From contig CAZIVL010000001.1 in assembly GCA_964543035.1 (NCBI GenBank), positions 303,736 to 367,735 of the forward strand: a DNA stretch of 64,000 bases, in the 5' to 3' direction. The position numbers and the translations under genes are program-made. This DNA is from an uncultured Gammaproteobacteria bacterium (GTDB taxonomy: Bacteria; Patescibacteriota; Microgenomatia; CAZETR01; Amesbacteraceae). How positions within the stretch are numbered: the stretch's first letter is position 1; every line of letters begins with the position of its first letter. Below the pieces are notes generated by a model. That model had not been told where the DNA came from and made no database searches. It saw only the letters and a program-made list of their open reading frames with translations. Positions 1 through 10,256 of this stretch are shown piece after piece.

Positions 1-58
1 GAAAAGCAATTTTCATGGAAAAAATCTGCTAGTATTCTTCACAAACAACTAAACTCAT

Positions 59-1090
59 ATGTCATTTGATCTAGTATCAATAATTTTGGCCAGTTTTAAC
101 GGAGAAAAAGTTCTTCCAACTTTTCTATCTAGTCTTCAAAAAACTACATACAAAAAATATGAAGTTATTATTTGTGACGATGGTTCAACTGATAAAAGTA
201 TTCAAATAATAAAAAAATTTATGAAGCGTGATAAAAGAATTCAGCTCAAAATAAATTCTACAAATCTAGGAGCAGCCGCTACCCGAAATGTGGGTGCTTG
301 TGTCGCAAAAGGTAAGTACTTGGTTTTTTTAGACAATGATATTGAACTTGATCCAAAATGGCTTACTGAGTTATTGTGCGAGGCAAAACCTGCAAACGTA
401 GGAGCAGTACTGGGAAAAATTCGAGATTATCAGAAGCGTGGTTATTTGCAGGCTATGGGAGTCAAGTTGTGGCCATCTACCGGTTGGGGGCTGGGGCAAG
501 GAATGGGTCAACTTGATTCTGGACAATTTGACAAGAGCGAGTTCACAACTACTCTCTCGGGATTCTTGTTGGTAAAAAAGAATGTCTTTGATTTAGTTAG
601 AGGTTTTGATTCAGTCGAAGCCAGGTATACCGAGGATATCGATTTAGGTTGGAGAATATGGATTGCAGGCTTTGCAGTGGTAACTGCGCATCGTGCAGTT
701 ATGTACCACGGTACAAATATGTCAGCTACCCGAACCATACTCAAATCTGATCCCAGCAAAATATATTTTGCTCTTGCTCGAAATTCATTCAGGTCAATGA
801 TAAAAAATTATGAACTAAAAAATTTAATGATTTATCTTCCACAAAGTCTGATTATCAATTTAATCCGAGCTATGCTTGTTATCATTCGTCGAAAAGATTT
901 TTCAGCCTGGAATGGATTCTGGCAAGCTATAGTATGGCAAATCACAAACCTCTCAGAGACAATTTCTACTAGAGCTTATGTGCAGTCCACCCGCAAGACA
1001 TCAGATCAAGAGTTATTTAGAAAATTGTTTATACGTGATAGTATCTGGCAGATATACAAATTGTACTTTTCTGGTTCAGATTTAATATGA
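59..1090 (+). CDS. Glycosyltransferase family 2 (GT-A fold)
   Basis: N-terminal GT2 signature (SIILASFNGE ... ICDDGSTD) and a DxD-like FLDNDIE motif; 343 aa; translationally coupled to the next GT2. Confidence 0.8.
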   Translation: MSFDLVSIILASFNGEKVLPTFLSSLQKTTYKKYEVIICDDGSTDKSIQIIKKFMKRDKRIQLKINSTNLGAAATRNVGACVAKGKYLVFLDNDIELDPKWLTELLCEAKPANVGAVLGKIRDYQKRGYLQAMGVKLWPSTGWGLGQGMGQLDSGQFDKSEFTTTLSGFLLVKKNVFDLVRGFDSVEARYTEDIDLGWRIWIAGFAVVTAHRAVMYHGTNMSATRTILKSDPSKIYFALARNSFRSMIKNYELKNLMIYLPQSLIINLIRAMLVIIRRKDFSAWNGFWQAIVWQITNLSETISTRAYVQSTRKTSDQELFRKLFIRDSIWQIYKLYFSGSDLI

Positions 1091-2100
1091 AGACTGTTTA
1101 CCCCTCTGTATCAATAATACTACCTTGTTACAATGCTATGCTCTCTCTTGAGCAGTGTTTAAGATCACTAGCTAAAACCAAATACCCAAACTTTGAGATA
1201 ATTGCCCTAGATGATAGATCTTCTGACGGTTCATATGAGACTTTGCAAAAATTTTTTAAGTCTCATCCCAAGTTAAAATCCAAGCTCTTTCAGAATCAAC
1301 AAAACAGCGGACCCTCAAAAACTAGAAACCAGGCTGTCTCTTTTTCAAAAAAAAAGTATATTGCATTTGTCGAAACGGATATGGAATTTGAACCCACGTG
1401 GTTACAAGAGCTTGTAAACTACATTCATGCGCACTCTGATGTTGCAGCCGTCTGTGGAAAAAGTTGTGATTTAAAAAATAAAAAAATATTAGCAGGTCTT
1501 GGAGTGGAGTTTGACCCCGCCACCTTTAATGTAGTTCCAGTGGGACATTTAAGCAACCGAAATGATTTTAACTTAATCCGTGAAGTCGGATTGGGTGCTG
1601 TTGGGACTGTTTTTAGAAGAGATTTGTTTCTAAAAGTTGGAGGTTTTGATGAAAAATTTGGTCACAACATTGACGATATCGACTTGTCGTGGCGATTATG
1701 GGTGATGGGGTATAGACAAATGTCTGTGCCCAAATCAATATCTTATCATTGGATATCAAAGAAACTATCTCAAAGGTCTACTCCCCAAATAGCTTCAGAA
1801 ATTATTACTCACAAAGTATTTAGAGTTTTTATTAAAAACTATGAGTTGAAATCAATACTATGGTTTGCCCCTCAGCTGATAGCATACCAATTGGTAAGGG
1901 TAGTAAAAAACTTATTTTCGGGAAATTTGAAGCCGATGATTGGGTTTATAGGAGGGTGGTACTGGAATATCTGTAATCTAAAAGACTCTATCTATAATCG
2001 CAAATTAATTCAAAATTACAGAAGATTATCCGACAGTCAAATTATAAATAAAATTGGGTACAAAGGAAGTTATCTAAAGTTTGTTCTAAATACTACCTAA
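1087..2100 (+). CDS. Glycosyltransferase family 2
   Basis: SIILPCYNA ... ALDDRSSDGS, ETDMEF (DxD-like); 337 aa; ATGA overlap with upstream gene. Confidence 0.8.
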   Translation: MKTVYPSVSIILPCYNAMLSLEQCLRSLAKTKYPNFEIIALDDRSSDGSYETLQKFFKSHPKLKSKLFQNQQNSGPSKTRNQAVSFSKKKYIAFVETDMEFEPTWLQELVNYIHAHSDVAAVCGKSCDLKNKKILAGLGVEFDPATFNVVPVGHLSNRNDFNLIREVGLGAVGTVFRRDLFLKVGGFDEKFGHNIDDIDLSWRLWVMGYRQMSVPKSISYHWISKKLSQRSTPQIASEIITHKVFRVFIKNYELKSILWFAPQLIAYQLVRVVKNLFSGNLKPMIGFIGGWYWNICNLKDSIYNRKLIQNYRRLSDSQIINKIGYKGSYLKFVLNTT

Positions 2101-2107
2101 AATTTGC

Positions 2108-2974
2108 ATGTGCCAAGTCTGTAACAACAAAGCACCGTTTATAGATCAAGTGCCGTATTCTCACAAATATCGGTATCTAGTGTGTGGGTCTTGCACTGCA
2201 GGCATCTTACAGCCCCAGCCATCTGAGCCAGAATTAAAAAAGTTGTATGCAAAAAATAGTTATTTTGTTAAATTGTCTCAGCCTGTAAAAGCATCATGGT
2301 GGAAGCCATTTTTTGATTTCAGAATTTTTCCACTTCCTGACCAATTTGTGTCACAACAGTTGTCACCTAGAAGTATTTTAGATGTTGGGTGTGGAAATGG
2401 GGAGTTTTTGGATAATCTTTCAAAGTTGGGCTGGAAGACCTATGGCAGCGACATTAGTCAGGTTGCAAAAGCAAATACCGAAATGAAAATTGGAAAAAAT
2501 CGTGTCTTTAGAGGCGAATTCTCATCTCAAAAGATAGCAAAAAAGTTTGATGTAATCACTTTTTGGCATGTGTTAGAGCATTTGGCATCACCAATCAAAT
2601 ATCTAAAGGCAGCTTACAGAAATTTAAACAAGGGTGGCATGGTTATGGGAGAAGTACCTAGCTTTGATTCGCGGGTATTAAAAATATTCAGACAAAACTA
2701 TTCATGGATGATGGTGCCTGAGCATCGAATTTATTTATCCACAAGCTCCCTGAGAAACATTTTGAAGCAATCAGGATTTAGCAACATAGTCATCAAATCT
2801 CCACCTAGAGGTCTGTTAAATTTTTCACTCAGCTATTCTAAGACTCTTGAGAAATCCCCTTATAGATTAATTCTTTTTGCACTTTCAATCCCTTTTTCAG
2901 TAGCCTTAGGGTTATTTTTTAGCAAATTAGGGCAAGGAGAAGTTTTAAGATTTTCAGCAGAAAAAGATGTTTAG
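2108..2974 (+). CDS. Class I SAM-dependent methyltransferase with N-terminal Cys4 zinc-ribbon
   Basis: CxxC...CGSC N-terminus; motif I LDVGCGNGEF; motif post-I/II typical of Methyltransf_11/23. Confidence 0.75.
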   Translation: MCQVCNNKAPFIDQVPYSHKYRYLVCGSCTAGILQPQPSEPELKKLYAKNSYFVKLSQPVKASWWKPFFDFRIFPLPDQFVSQQLSPRSILDVGCGNGEFLDNLSKLGWKTYGSDISQVAKANTEMKIGKNRVFRGEFSSQKIAKKFDVITFWHVLEHLASPIKYLKAAYRNLNKGGMVMGEVPSFDSRVLKIFRQNYSWMMVPEHRIYLSTSSLRNILKQSGFSNIVIKSPPRGLLNFSLSYSKTLEKSPYRLILFALSIPFSVALGLFFSKLGQGEVLRFSAEKDV

Positions 2975-5900
2975 ACTGTTATTGATTATATTGCCAGTAT
3001 TGCTTGCCGGAATGTGGTTTAAAGAAGGATTTGTCATGGGTGGAGGTGAAGGTGGACTTCCATTTCATGATCTTGTGCGTTCTGCCAATCTGACCAAATG
3101 GTCATGGGCTGATGCAGCTTTGGGAAACGGACTTGGAATTGGCACTGCAAGTTATCCGTTTTATTGGTTTCTTGCTCAACTGCAAATATTGGGTGTTTCT
3201 CCGGTCATAATTCAGGCTAGTGTATATGCATTTTTGTTTATATTAGGAGGGTTCGGAATTTACTATTTAGTTCAGGAGTCATTTCCAAACATCAATTCTA
3301 GATACGCCTTTTTGAGTTCTTTGGCATATTGGTTCAATCCTCTTTCAATGATAAATACTTGGAATCGAAACCTATCCAATTATATGGTTTTTTATGGTTT
3401 TTACCCGTTTATTACATGGATATTTATCAGAGGTCTGGCAAAACGCAACATCTATTTTGTAATGTTATCTGGACTTCTTACTGGAGTTTTCTCATACTCT
3501 CTTACTGCGACACCGTTCAATCTCTTAATGCTGGGAACATGGGGTTATGTTAGTTTGTGGTATTTTTTCATCGTTTGGAAAGGAAATCAGAAGTGGTTCG
3601 CTCTTCAATATTTGATATTGACAATAATTTGTTACATTGGTGTAAATTTCTGGTGGCTTGGACAATTATTTAGTTTTCTCGGTTCCTCTTATTACGCCTC
3701 AGCAGTTTCAGATTTTTTTACAACAGGGGGTAACTATGGAACTCTTGTCTCTTTAAGTGAACTCTTGGGAAGATTATTCAACATAACCAGGCTATATCAT
3801 GGATCATTTTATTACACTGCTCCAATATATTTTCGAATATTTCTCTCGCCTTTGCTTTACTTCCCAAACTACATATTTGTGGGACTTATTATATGGGTTA
3901 TATCAAAACGTCTGTCAGATAAACAAATTTTATTGTGGGGCTCAATATTTTTAGGAACTATATTTTTGATAAAGGGCACAAACCCTCCCTTAGGAGAAAT
4001 ATTTGGACTACTGTTTCAGAATTTATCTGTGTTACAGGTCTTTAGGAATCCTTTCGAAAAATTTGGTTTTTTGTTATCAATGGGATTTTCAGTATTGCTC
4101 GGTGTGGCCGTTTCACATCTAGAAAAAAATAAAAACGTGATTTTTACTTTTTGTCTATTGTTTGTGGGTATTGTGTGGGGATATCCATATTGGAGTTCAA
4201 TTGTATTTACTCGTACGACGACAAATTTGCAGGAGCCCGTCTCGCTGGAAGTGGAGGTCCCAAACGCCTATAAGGAGATCAATAGTTGGTTAAGTAGTCA
4301 GCCTTTTGAACACAGAGCGGTGGTTTTACCTATCAATGGGGAGGGTATGACATACACTTGGGACAAGCCCTACGCCGGTGTCGAACTATCAAGCACCTTG
4401 TTTGACAGACCAGTCGTGTCTTTCAATACTACAATTCCACTACTTTATGATTATGTAAATCAGATTCATAAATATCAAATCAGTTCCGATATTTTGAAAC
4501 TATTTCCATTTCTAAACGCTAAGTATCTAATCTGGAGGTCAGACATTGATTTTAAAGACAGAAGGACTGCCGATCCCGAAGTAATTCACAAGCTACTAAA
4601 TGAATGGGAGGATCAAGGATTAGTCACTTCAGAATCAAGTGCTGAATTCTTAAAAGTGTATTCAGTAAACGATAATTATGTTTGGCCCAAAATATATTCC
4701 ACAAAAAAGATTGTTTACTCAAATTCACGTGACCCGGTAAGCTTATCTCGAGTATATCCAAGCCTAACTGAGGATCCATCAGCTATCGTCAGCTCTTCAG
4801 GTGACTACTATCATATTCTCGAGCCTCTTGCAGTATATCCGTCAAAGTTTACAGAAACCCCCGTGACCCTTACCCAGGACGATTTACTTGCTAGATTGTT
4901 TCATGCCACTCATTTACCGGGAGATAAATATTACTTTCTCTCTCGTCTCAAGGAAAGATTGCAACTTCTGACTGACTCAAATTATGAGAGCAGGCACATA
5001 TTCGAAATTGGAATTTTAGGAAAAAGAGCAGTCGAAATATACAAACTTCATAAGAGTGGGGCTGACCCAAAAATAATCTCAAAATCTGAAACAGAATACG
5101 TAAATGAGTTGTTTAGAAAAAAGTCACAGTTTACAAACATTCTTTCTGCTCAATCGCAAATTTCTTCCTTACTTCGAGATTCACTCCTTTACCAATCTTT
5201 GCTACTGGAGACAACTGGTTGCAGTTGTACAGAAAAGATTGCTACATTAATGTTTGAATTAAACATCAAACCTCGTTTTACTCTACCGCAAACAGCCCCT
5301 GACAAATTTTTAGTTTACTACTTCGAAGTGCCATTAGCAGGGGAGTACACCATTAGTAGCTCACAAGTTCAATCCGAAGCCACCTGGTACATAGATGGAG
5401 AGCCCTTATCAAGCTCAAACACGAAGATCAGATTACAGCCAGGTATACACGAAGTCGCAATTCTAAATCTAGCTTACTCTAAGCCGGTATCGGTAATAAA
5501 TGAGACTTTTGAGATCGATACTACAAACAACAAGGAAATAAACATTGATTTGCCAGATTTAGCGGGAGAATATGTTGTAAAGTTTGATTTCTTATTTTCA
5601 GAAGGAAACAATTTTGACATTTCATTTATTCAAGACATTGATCAAAAAGGAAGCCCTACTCATATAGCCGCAGTGCAAAAAAATTCCAGGTTTCATGGAT
5701 GGGGAAGTTGGCAAACCTTTTTTACAACGAGCAACGGTGCAAGCACATTAAAAATGACCACTCAACCTGTTTCTGGTTCAAAATGTAAGAGTCAATGGTT
5801 GTTATTTACCAGTTGCAGCAAAAAAGAAGATACATACAAAGTTCAGATAAAAAATCTATCCTGGTCTAGACTCGAGCGCCCCTCTGTGTTTCTTACCCTC

Positions 5901-6260
5901 AGTAAGCCGCCAACAGATGGTCAAAAAACAGAAATTAAATGGTCAAAGACAAACCCCACTCAATATCTGGTAAAAATGAAGAAAACTGATTCACAGCCAG
6001 AAGTACTTGTCTTTTCAGAGTTATTCAATTCAGGTTGGGAGATCAAGACAATTCTCGGACCAGCCATCCCTCAAAAAAATCACATACTGGCAAACATTTA
6101 TGCCAACGGTTGGCTGATAACCGAACCTGGTGATTATGAGCTGAACCTCAGCTTTGGACCTCAAAAAGGATTAGAATCAGGCAGAATTGTTACTCAAGCG
6201 TCTATCGGGCTGTTAGTTACCTTGTTGTTATGGCACATTTTAAAAAATCATCTTTTGTAA
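2967..6260 (+). CDS. Large polytopic membrane protein with ~700-aa extracytoplasmic C-terminal domain (GT-C-like; paralog of 7644-10256)
   Basis: About 12 predicted TM helices in the first ~400 aa; conserved block GTNPPLGEIF...FRNPFEKFGF shared with the 870-aa paralog; final C-terminal TM helix. Confidence 0.8.
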   Translation: MFRLLLIILPVLLAGMWFKEGFVMGGGEGGLPFHDLVRSANLTKWSWADAALGNGLGIGTASYPFYWFLAQLQILGVSPVIIQASVYAFLFILGGFGIYYLVQESFPNINSRYAFLSSLAYWFNPLSMINTWNRNLSNYMVFYGFYPFITWIFIRGLAKRNIYFVMLSGLLTGVFSYSLTATPFNLLMLGTWGYVSLWYFFIVWKGNQKWFALQYLILTIICYIGVNFWWLGQLFSFLGSSYYASAVSDFFTTGGNYGTLVSLSELLGRLFNITRLYHGSFYYTAPIYFRIFLSPLLYFPNYIFVGLIIWVISKRLSDKQILLWGSIFLGTIFLIKGTNPPLGEIFGLLFQNLSVLQVFRNPFEKFGFLLSMGFSVLLGVAVSHLEKNKNVIFTFCLLFVGIVWGYPYWSSIVFTRTTTNLQEPVSLEVEVPNAYKEINSWLSSQPFEHRAVVLPINGEGMTYTWDKPYAGVELSSTLFDRPVVSFNTTIPLLYDYVNQIHKYQISSDILKLFPFLNAKYLIWRSDIDFKDRRTADPEVIHKLLNEWEDQGLVTSESSAEFLKVYSVNDNYVWPKIYSTKKIVYSNSRDPVSLSRVYPSLTEDPSAIVSSSGDYYHILEPLAVYPSKFTETPVTLTQDDLLARLFHATHLPGDKYYFLSRLKERLQLLTDSNYESRHIFEIGILGKRAVEIYKLHKSGADPKIISKSETEYVNELFRKKSQFTNILSAQSQISSLLRDSLLYQSLLLETTGCSCTEKIATLMFELNIKPRFTLPQTAPDKFLVYYFEVPLAGEYTISSSQVQSEATWYIDGEPLSSSNTKIRLQPGIHEVAILNLAYSKPVSVINETFEIDTTNNKEINIDLPDLAGEYVVKFDFLFSEGNNFDISFIQDIDQKGSPTHIAAVQKNSRFHGWGSWQTFFTTSNGASTLKMTTQPVSGSKCKSQWLLFTSCSKKEDTYKVQIKNLSWSRLERPSVFLTLSKPPTDGQKTEIKWSKTNPTQYLVKMKKTDSQPEVLVFSELFNSGWEIKTILGPAIPQKNHILANIYANGWLITEPGDYELNLSFGPQKGLESGRIVTQASIGLLVTLLLWHILKNHLL

Positions 6261-6568
6261 AACTATATTTTTTGATATTAATTTCCACCATGACAATCAA
6301 CTGGTGGAGTAAGTACAATTTGTCGTCGCTAAATTTAACTCCGCTGCTTTACTGGGAATTATTTATAGGATGGGTATGGCTAGTAAAATCAAAGCATAAA
6401 AAGCCCGAAATTTCTTTTAAGTCGGGATTAGCGTTTTACGCAGCCGGGACAATTGTCTCAGTTTTAGGTTTTCTAAATTTTAGTGAAGTTCTAATGAGGC
6501 TCGGGTTTATAGGGTGGTATGTGGGTATAGTGCAAGCTATAATAAATATTGTAAGAAATAAAGATTAA
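6230..6568 (+). CDS. Small hypothetical membrane protein
   Basis: Hydrophobic 112-aa ORF overlapping the end of the upstream gene; true start may be the internal Met at ~6290. Confidence 0.35.
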   Translation: MAHFKKSSFVKLYFLILISTMTINWWSKYNLSSLNLTPLLYWELFIGWVWLVKSKHKKPEISFKSGLAFYAAGTIVSVLGFLNFSEVLMRLGFIGWYVGIVQAIINIVRNKD

Positions 6569-6571
6569 ATC

Positions 6572-7504
6572 ATGAAGACACGTCACGCACTAGGAATTAC
6601 TGATTTTAGCTCGTCCGAGCTCAACAAAGTGCTTCATATTTCTCAATCGCTCAAAAAAAAGTCCCGGGTGTTTCAATCCAAATTGTTAAAAAATAAGACA
6701 ATGGTAATGATTTTTGAAAAACCGTCTCTTCGGACAAGGGTTTCATTTGAATCTGGAATGACACAACTAGGAGGACACGCAATTTATTTAGCCCCAGCGG
6801 ACATTGGTCTGGGAAAAAGAGAGTCGATTGCCGATTCCGCAAGAGTTCTTAGTCGTATGTCTGACTGCATTATGGCCAGGACTTTCTCGCACAACACAGT
6901 GGTAGAGCTAGCACAAAATTCGACCGTTCCTGTCATAAACGGTTTATCTGATCTTGAACATCCATGCCAAACTTTAGCAGATCTACTGACCATTAAGGAA
7001 AATTTTGGCTCATTAAAGGGTCTTACTGTCGCTTTTGTAGGAGACGGAGAAAACAATGTTACTCACTCCCTGGCTCTTGCTTGCTCATCTCTTGGAATCA
7101 ACTTTCGAGTAGCGGCCCCCAAGGGATACTTTATGTCAAAAGAAATAGCTTCGATAGTCAACAAGCAAGCATCAGGTTTAAAATCTGAATTTATTCAGAC
7201 TGACAATCCAAGAGAAGCAGTCAAGGATGCAGACGTCGTCTACACCGACACCTGGGTAAGCATGGGGGAAGAAAAAGAAAAGGCCAAGCGCCTCAAACAT
7301 TTTCCTCCTTTCCAAGTCACCACAAAGCTCATGCAGTATGCTTCATCAAAGGCTATTTTTATGCACGACATGCCAGCATACAGGGGATTTGAAGTTCAGG
7401 CAGAAGTAATTGATGGAAGGCAGTCAGTAATTATTGATCAAGCCGAAAATCGGTTACATGCCCAAAAAGGTCTTCTTTGTTTTCTTCTGAATGTAGACCT
7501 CTAA
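6572..7504 (+). CDS. argF: Ornithine carbamoyltransferase-like (aspartate/ornithine carbamoyltransferase family)
   Basis: STRTR-type carbamoyl-phosphate motif (SLRTRVSFE), HPCQTLADL, DTWVSMG (OTC-specific SMG loop), IDQAENRLHAQK; the HCLP motif is replaced by HDMP. Confidence 0.75.
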   Translation: MKTRHALGITDFSSSELNKVLHISQSLKKKSRVFQSKLLKNKTMVMIFEKPSLRTRVSFESGMTQLGGHAIYLAPADIGLGKRESIADSARVLSRMSDCIMARTFSHNTVVELAQNSTVPVINGLSDLEHPCQTLADLLTIKENFGSLKGLTVAFVGDGENNVTHSLALACSSLGINFRVAAPKGYFMSKEIASIVNKQASGLKSEFIQTDNPREAVKDADVVYTDTWVSMGEEKEKAKRLKHFPPFQVTTKLMQYASSKAIFMHDMPAYRGFEVQAEVIDGRQSVIIDQAENRLHAQKGLLCFLLNVDL

Positions 7505-7643
7505 TTCATGCAAAGAGCCTTATTTATTTGTGGTGAACTTGCACTAGTTTTTGTTGGAGTAATTTTAGTATTGAACCATCCGGGATTTGCTAGTAAATTA
7601 ATGCCATTTATTTTTGTTACTTTTACTCTAGGTACAATTTTAG

Positions 7644-10256
7644 ATGTCAAAAATTAATCTTCTATACATACTTACGGCTCTAATCATTTTTAATGGCTTT
7701 ATCAGTTTGGATCCGCGCTTTGCCAACGATTTGCCCTCTTCCTCGCTATCTTCTCTGCGAGAAGGGCTAAATCTTCCTCAAACATGGAACGACAGGGGAG
7801 GTCTTGGATTGGGCGCCTATTCTATTTCAACTCTTTGGGGATGGCCCCAAGACTTACTTTATTCGGTTGGTAGTACGCTTGGTCTGGATTTTGGGATACT
7901 ACAAAGAGTAATAGGTATTTTTATGCCCATCACTTTAGGGTGGTGGGGGGTATACAAGTTGTCTGGTCACAAGGCATCTTCTCTATTTTATGTAACCACA
8001 TCGTATTTCTTGTTGTTAATCGATGGGGGACAGCTAGGTTTGGCAATGGCGTATGGCATTCTTCCTATATGTTTTTTTACATATTTACAGGCAGTGTCAG
8101 ATTTCACAAAAAAAAATGTCCTCAACTTTGTTTTCTGGTCGATCGCCCTCTCGGTATCAGATATTAGGATTATTTACATGCTTTTGCTTCTTATTGTTGT
8201 AGATTTTATTCTGTCTCCTTCATCTTTTTACCGTCGTTTTGTAATAGGGTTATCTAGCTTGATATTTATGATCGGTTTTCATAGTTACTGGTTACTGCCG
8301 GCTATCATGACTCGACTACCCACACTGCCCACTGGATACAGCGAAACGGGTCAAATAAGTTTTTTGAGTTTTGCAACCCTTGGCCACTCTCTTTTTCTTC
8401 AACAGCCACACTGGTATAAAAATGTATTCGGAGATGTTTCTTCCATTTCTGTCTTTTTTTTGATTATTCCAGTTCTGGTCTTTTTTGCCCGAGTAGTTAA
8501 CAGAAGTGATAGAAAGATCAGATTTTGGCTTGTAATTGCTCTGGTCGGTACATTTTTGGTGAAAGGAAGCAATCCTCCTCTGGCTGACTTTTATTCATGG
8601 GTTTTCAACGCTGTTCCTGGATTTCAAATTTTTCGGGATCCGGTAAAGTTTATGTTTATTACCTCAATGGCGTATGCAGTTCTTGTGGGTAGTACAGTAT
8701 CAGTTCTGGTCAAAAAGTTTAAGTGGTTTTCTTACGTTTTCCCGGCAATCTGTCTCTTGATTACTTTTCCAGTTTGGTCTGGACAGATGACAGGCCTGTT
8801 TGTTCCGCCTAGGAACATAGCTAACTACTCGGCCATGTCCAAATATTTTTTTGAAAAACCAGAATTTGGTAGGATAGCTTGGATCCCCGCAAGACCCCCT
8901 CTTAGTTACAACAGCTCCCAACACACGGTTCTTGAGGGGACATTCTTATCTACACTTCGGCCTTTCTACATTGAATCTGTAGGTACATATGACACCATGA
9001 ATTTTCTTCGCGAGTCTAGTCATTTAGATAGGTTTTTTGAAATATACGGGATCAAATATCTCGTTTTTCCACCAGCAGACGAAAAACGGATAAAGTTAAA
9101 ACCAGAAGACGCAAGTTATCAAGATGTCTTTTATCGCCAGCTTTCAAAAAAAACATGGGTATCCTCCACTCAGTCTTTTGGAGATGTACGTCTTATCACA
9201 ACCACAGCAACACCAAAATTGATGTATCTTGCCTCTCCTCCAAAATTTATAGTGGGATCTGACAGCTATTACAAAAACATCCAAGACATAAAAACATCCC
9301 CTCTTGTTTTTTCAGAGGAGCATCCTGGAACAATGGACAGTATTGACCACTTCCCAAATAGCGGTGTGGAAGTATATCAAAAGAAAAATTTGGATCTTAT
9401 AGCAAGTTTTGCTCCCAAAGATAATCTTATTTTTCCATCTTACTCACTTGCAAACAGTCCAGATTCGTCTGGTTGGTGGAAAAGAGACCCTGGCAGTTTT
9501 AAAGAAGCACGAAATTTTCTTGAAGAGAAATATGCGTTAACTATTGACGATTTTGATCTTGGTGGAGGCTATGCATTTTCTGAAGGATCGAATACTCTTT
9601 CAATAGAATCAAGTCTTATTCAGGAAGGATCCCGCCTTTTTGTCAGGGCGATCACAAGCAGTCGTTCTGGAAGTATCCAATTCCTCCAAAGCGGCAAGCC
9701 AGTAGGAGACATCATGACCGGTGTAGCAGGAGAGCAGGTCAAAAGAAAAATTACAGGGCTAGACGAAATTCCCGACCAGGTTCTAGATTACTCCAAAGCC
9801 GACTTGTCTTGGCACGAAGTGGGGGATTTGCAATCGAAAGACGCATTGAAAATCACGACCCAAGGGGACATAAACGTTATAAACGCTATTCTTATCCTTC
9901 CAAAACCCACATGGCAAGCCCTTGAGGACAAGGCGTCAAGCGTCACTACGACCCAAATCCAAGTAGCCACCCCTTCTGCCGCTCTAAGTTATGTGCGCAT
10001 CTCCCCTACACATTACAAAGTTACAGTATTTGGCCTGACTTCACCCAGCATGTTGGTTTTTTCGCAGATGTACGACGACCTCTGGCGACTATCCGGACAG
10101 TCACCACTTCGTGTGTACAGCCATCTAAACGGTTATAATATAACTTCGGACGGAGTATACGACCTAAAGTTTCGGCCCCAAGAGTTCGTAATTCCAGGTC
10201 TCTTAATAACTATGCTCACATCACTTATATTTACAACGTTATGGAAGTCGCAATAA
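7644..10256 (+). CDS. Large polytopic membrane protein with extracytoplasmic C-terminal domain (GT-C-like; paralog of 2967-6260)
   Basis: Multi-TM N-terminal half, GSNPPLADFY...FRDPVKFMFI block homologous to the 1097-aa protein, C-terminal TM anchor. Confidence 0.8.
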   Translation: MSKINLLYILTALIIFNGFISLDPRFANDLPSSSLSSLREGLNLPQTWNDRGGLGLGAYSISTLWGWPQDLLYSVGSTLGLDFGILQRVIGIFMPITLGWWGVYKLSGHKASSLFYVTTSYFLLLIDGGQLGLAMAYGILPICFFTYLQAVSDFTKKNVLNFVFWSIALSVSDIRIIYMLLLLIVVDFILSPSSFYRRFVIGLSSLIFMIGFHSYWLLPAIMTRLPTLPTGYSETGQISFLSFATLGHSLFLQQPHWYKNVFGDVSSISVFFLIIPVLVFFARVVNRSDRKIRFWLVIALVGTFLVKGSNPPLADFYSWVFNAVPGFQIFRDPVKFMFITSMAYAVLVGSTVSVLVKKFKWFSYVFPAICLLITFPVWSGQMTGLFVPPRNIANYSAMSKYFFEKPEFGRIAWIPARPPLSYNSSQHTVLEGTFLSTLRPFYIESVGTYDTMNFLRESSHLDRFFEIYGIKYLVFPPADEKRIKLKPEDASYQDVFYRQLSKKTWVSSTQSFGDVRLITTTATPKLMYLASPPKFIVGSDSYYKNIQDIKTSPLVFSEEHPGTMDSIDHFPNSGVEVYQKKNLDLIASFAPKDNLIFPSYSLANSPDSSGWWKRDPGSFKEARNFLEEKYALTIDDFDLGGGYAFSEGSNTLSIESSLIQEGSRLFVRAITSSRSGSIQFLQSGKPVGDIMTGVAGEQVKRKITGLDEIPDQVLDYSKADLSWHEVGDLQSKDALKITTQGDINVINAILILPKPTWQALEDKASSVTTTQIQVATPSAALSYVRISPTHYKVTVFGLTSPSMLVFSQMYDDLWRLSGQSPLRVYSHLNGYNITSDGVYDLKFRPQEFVIPGLLITMLTSLIFTTLWKSQ

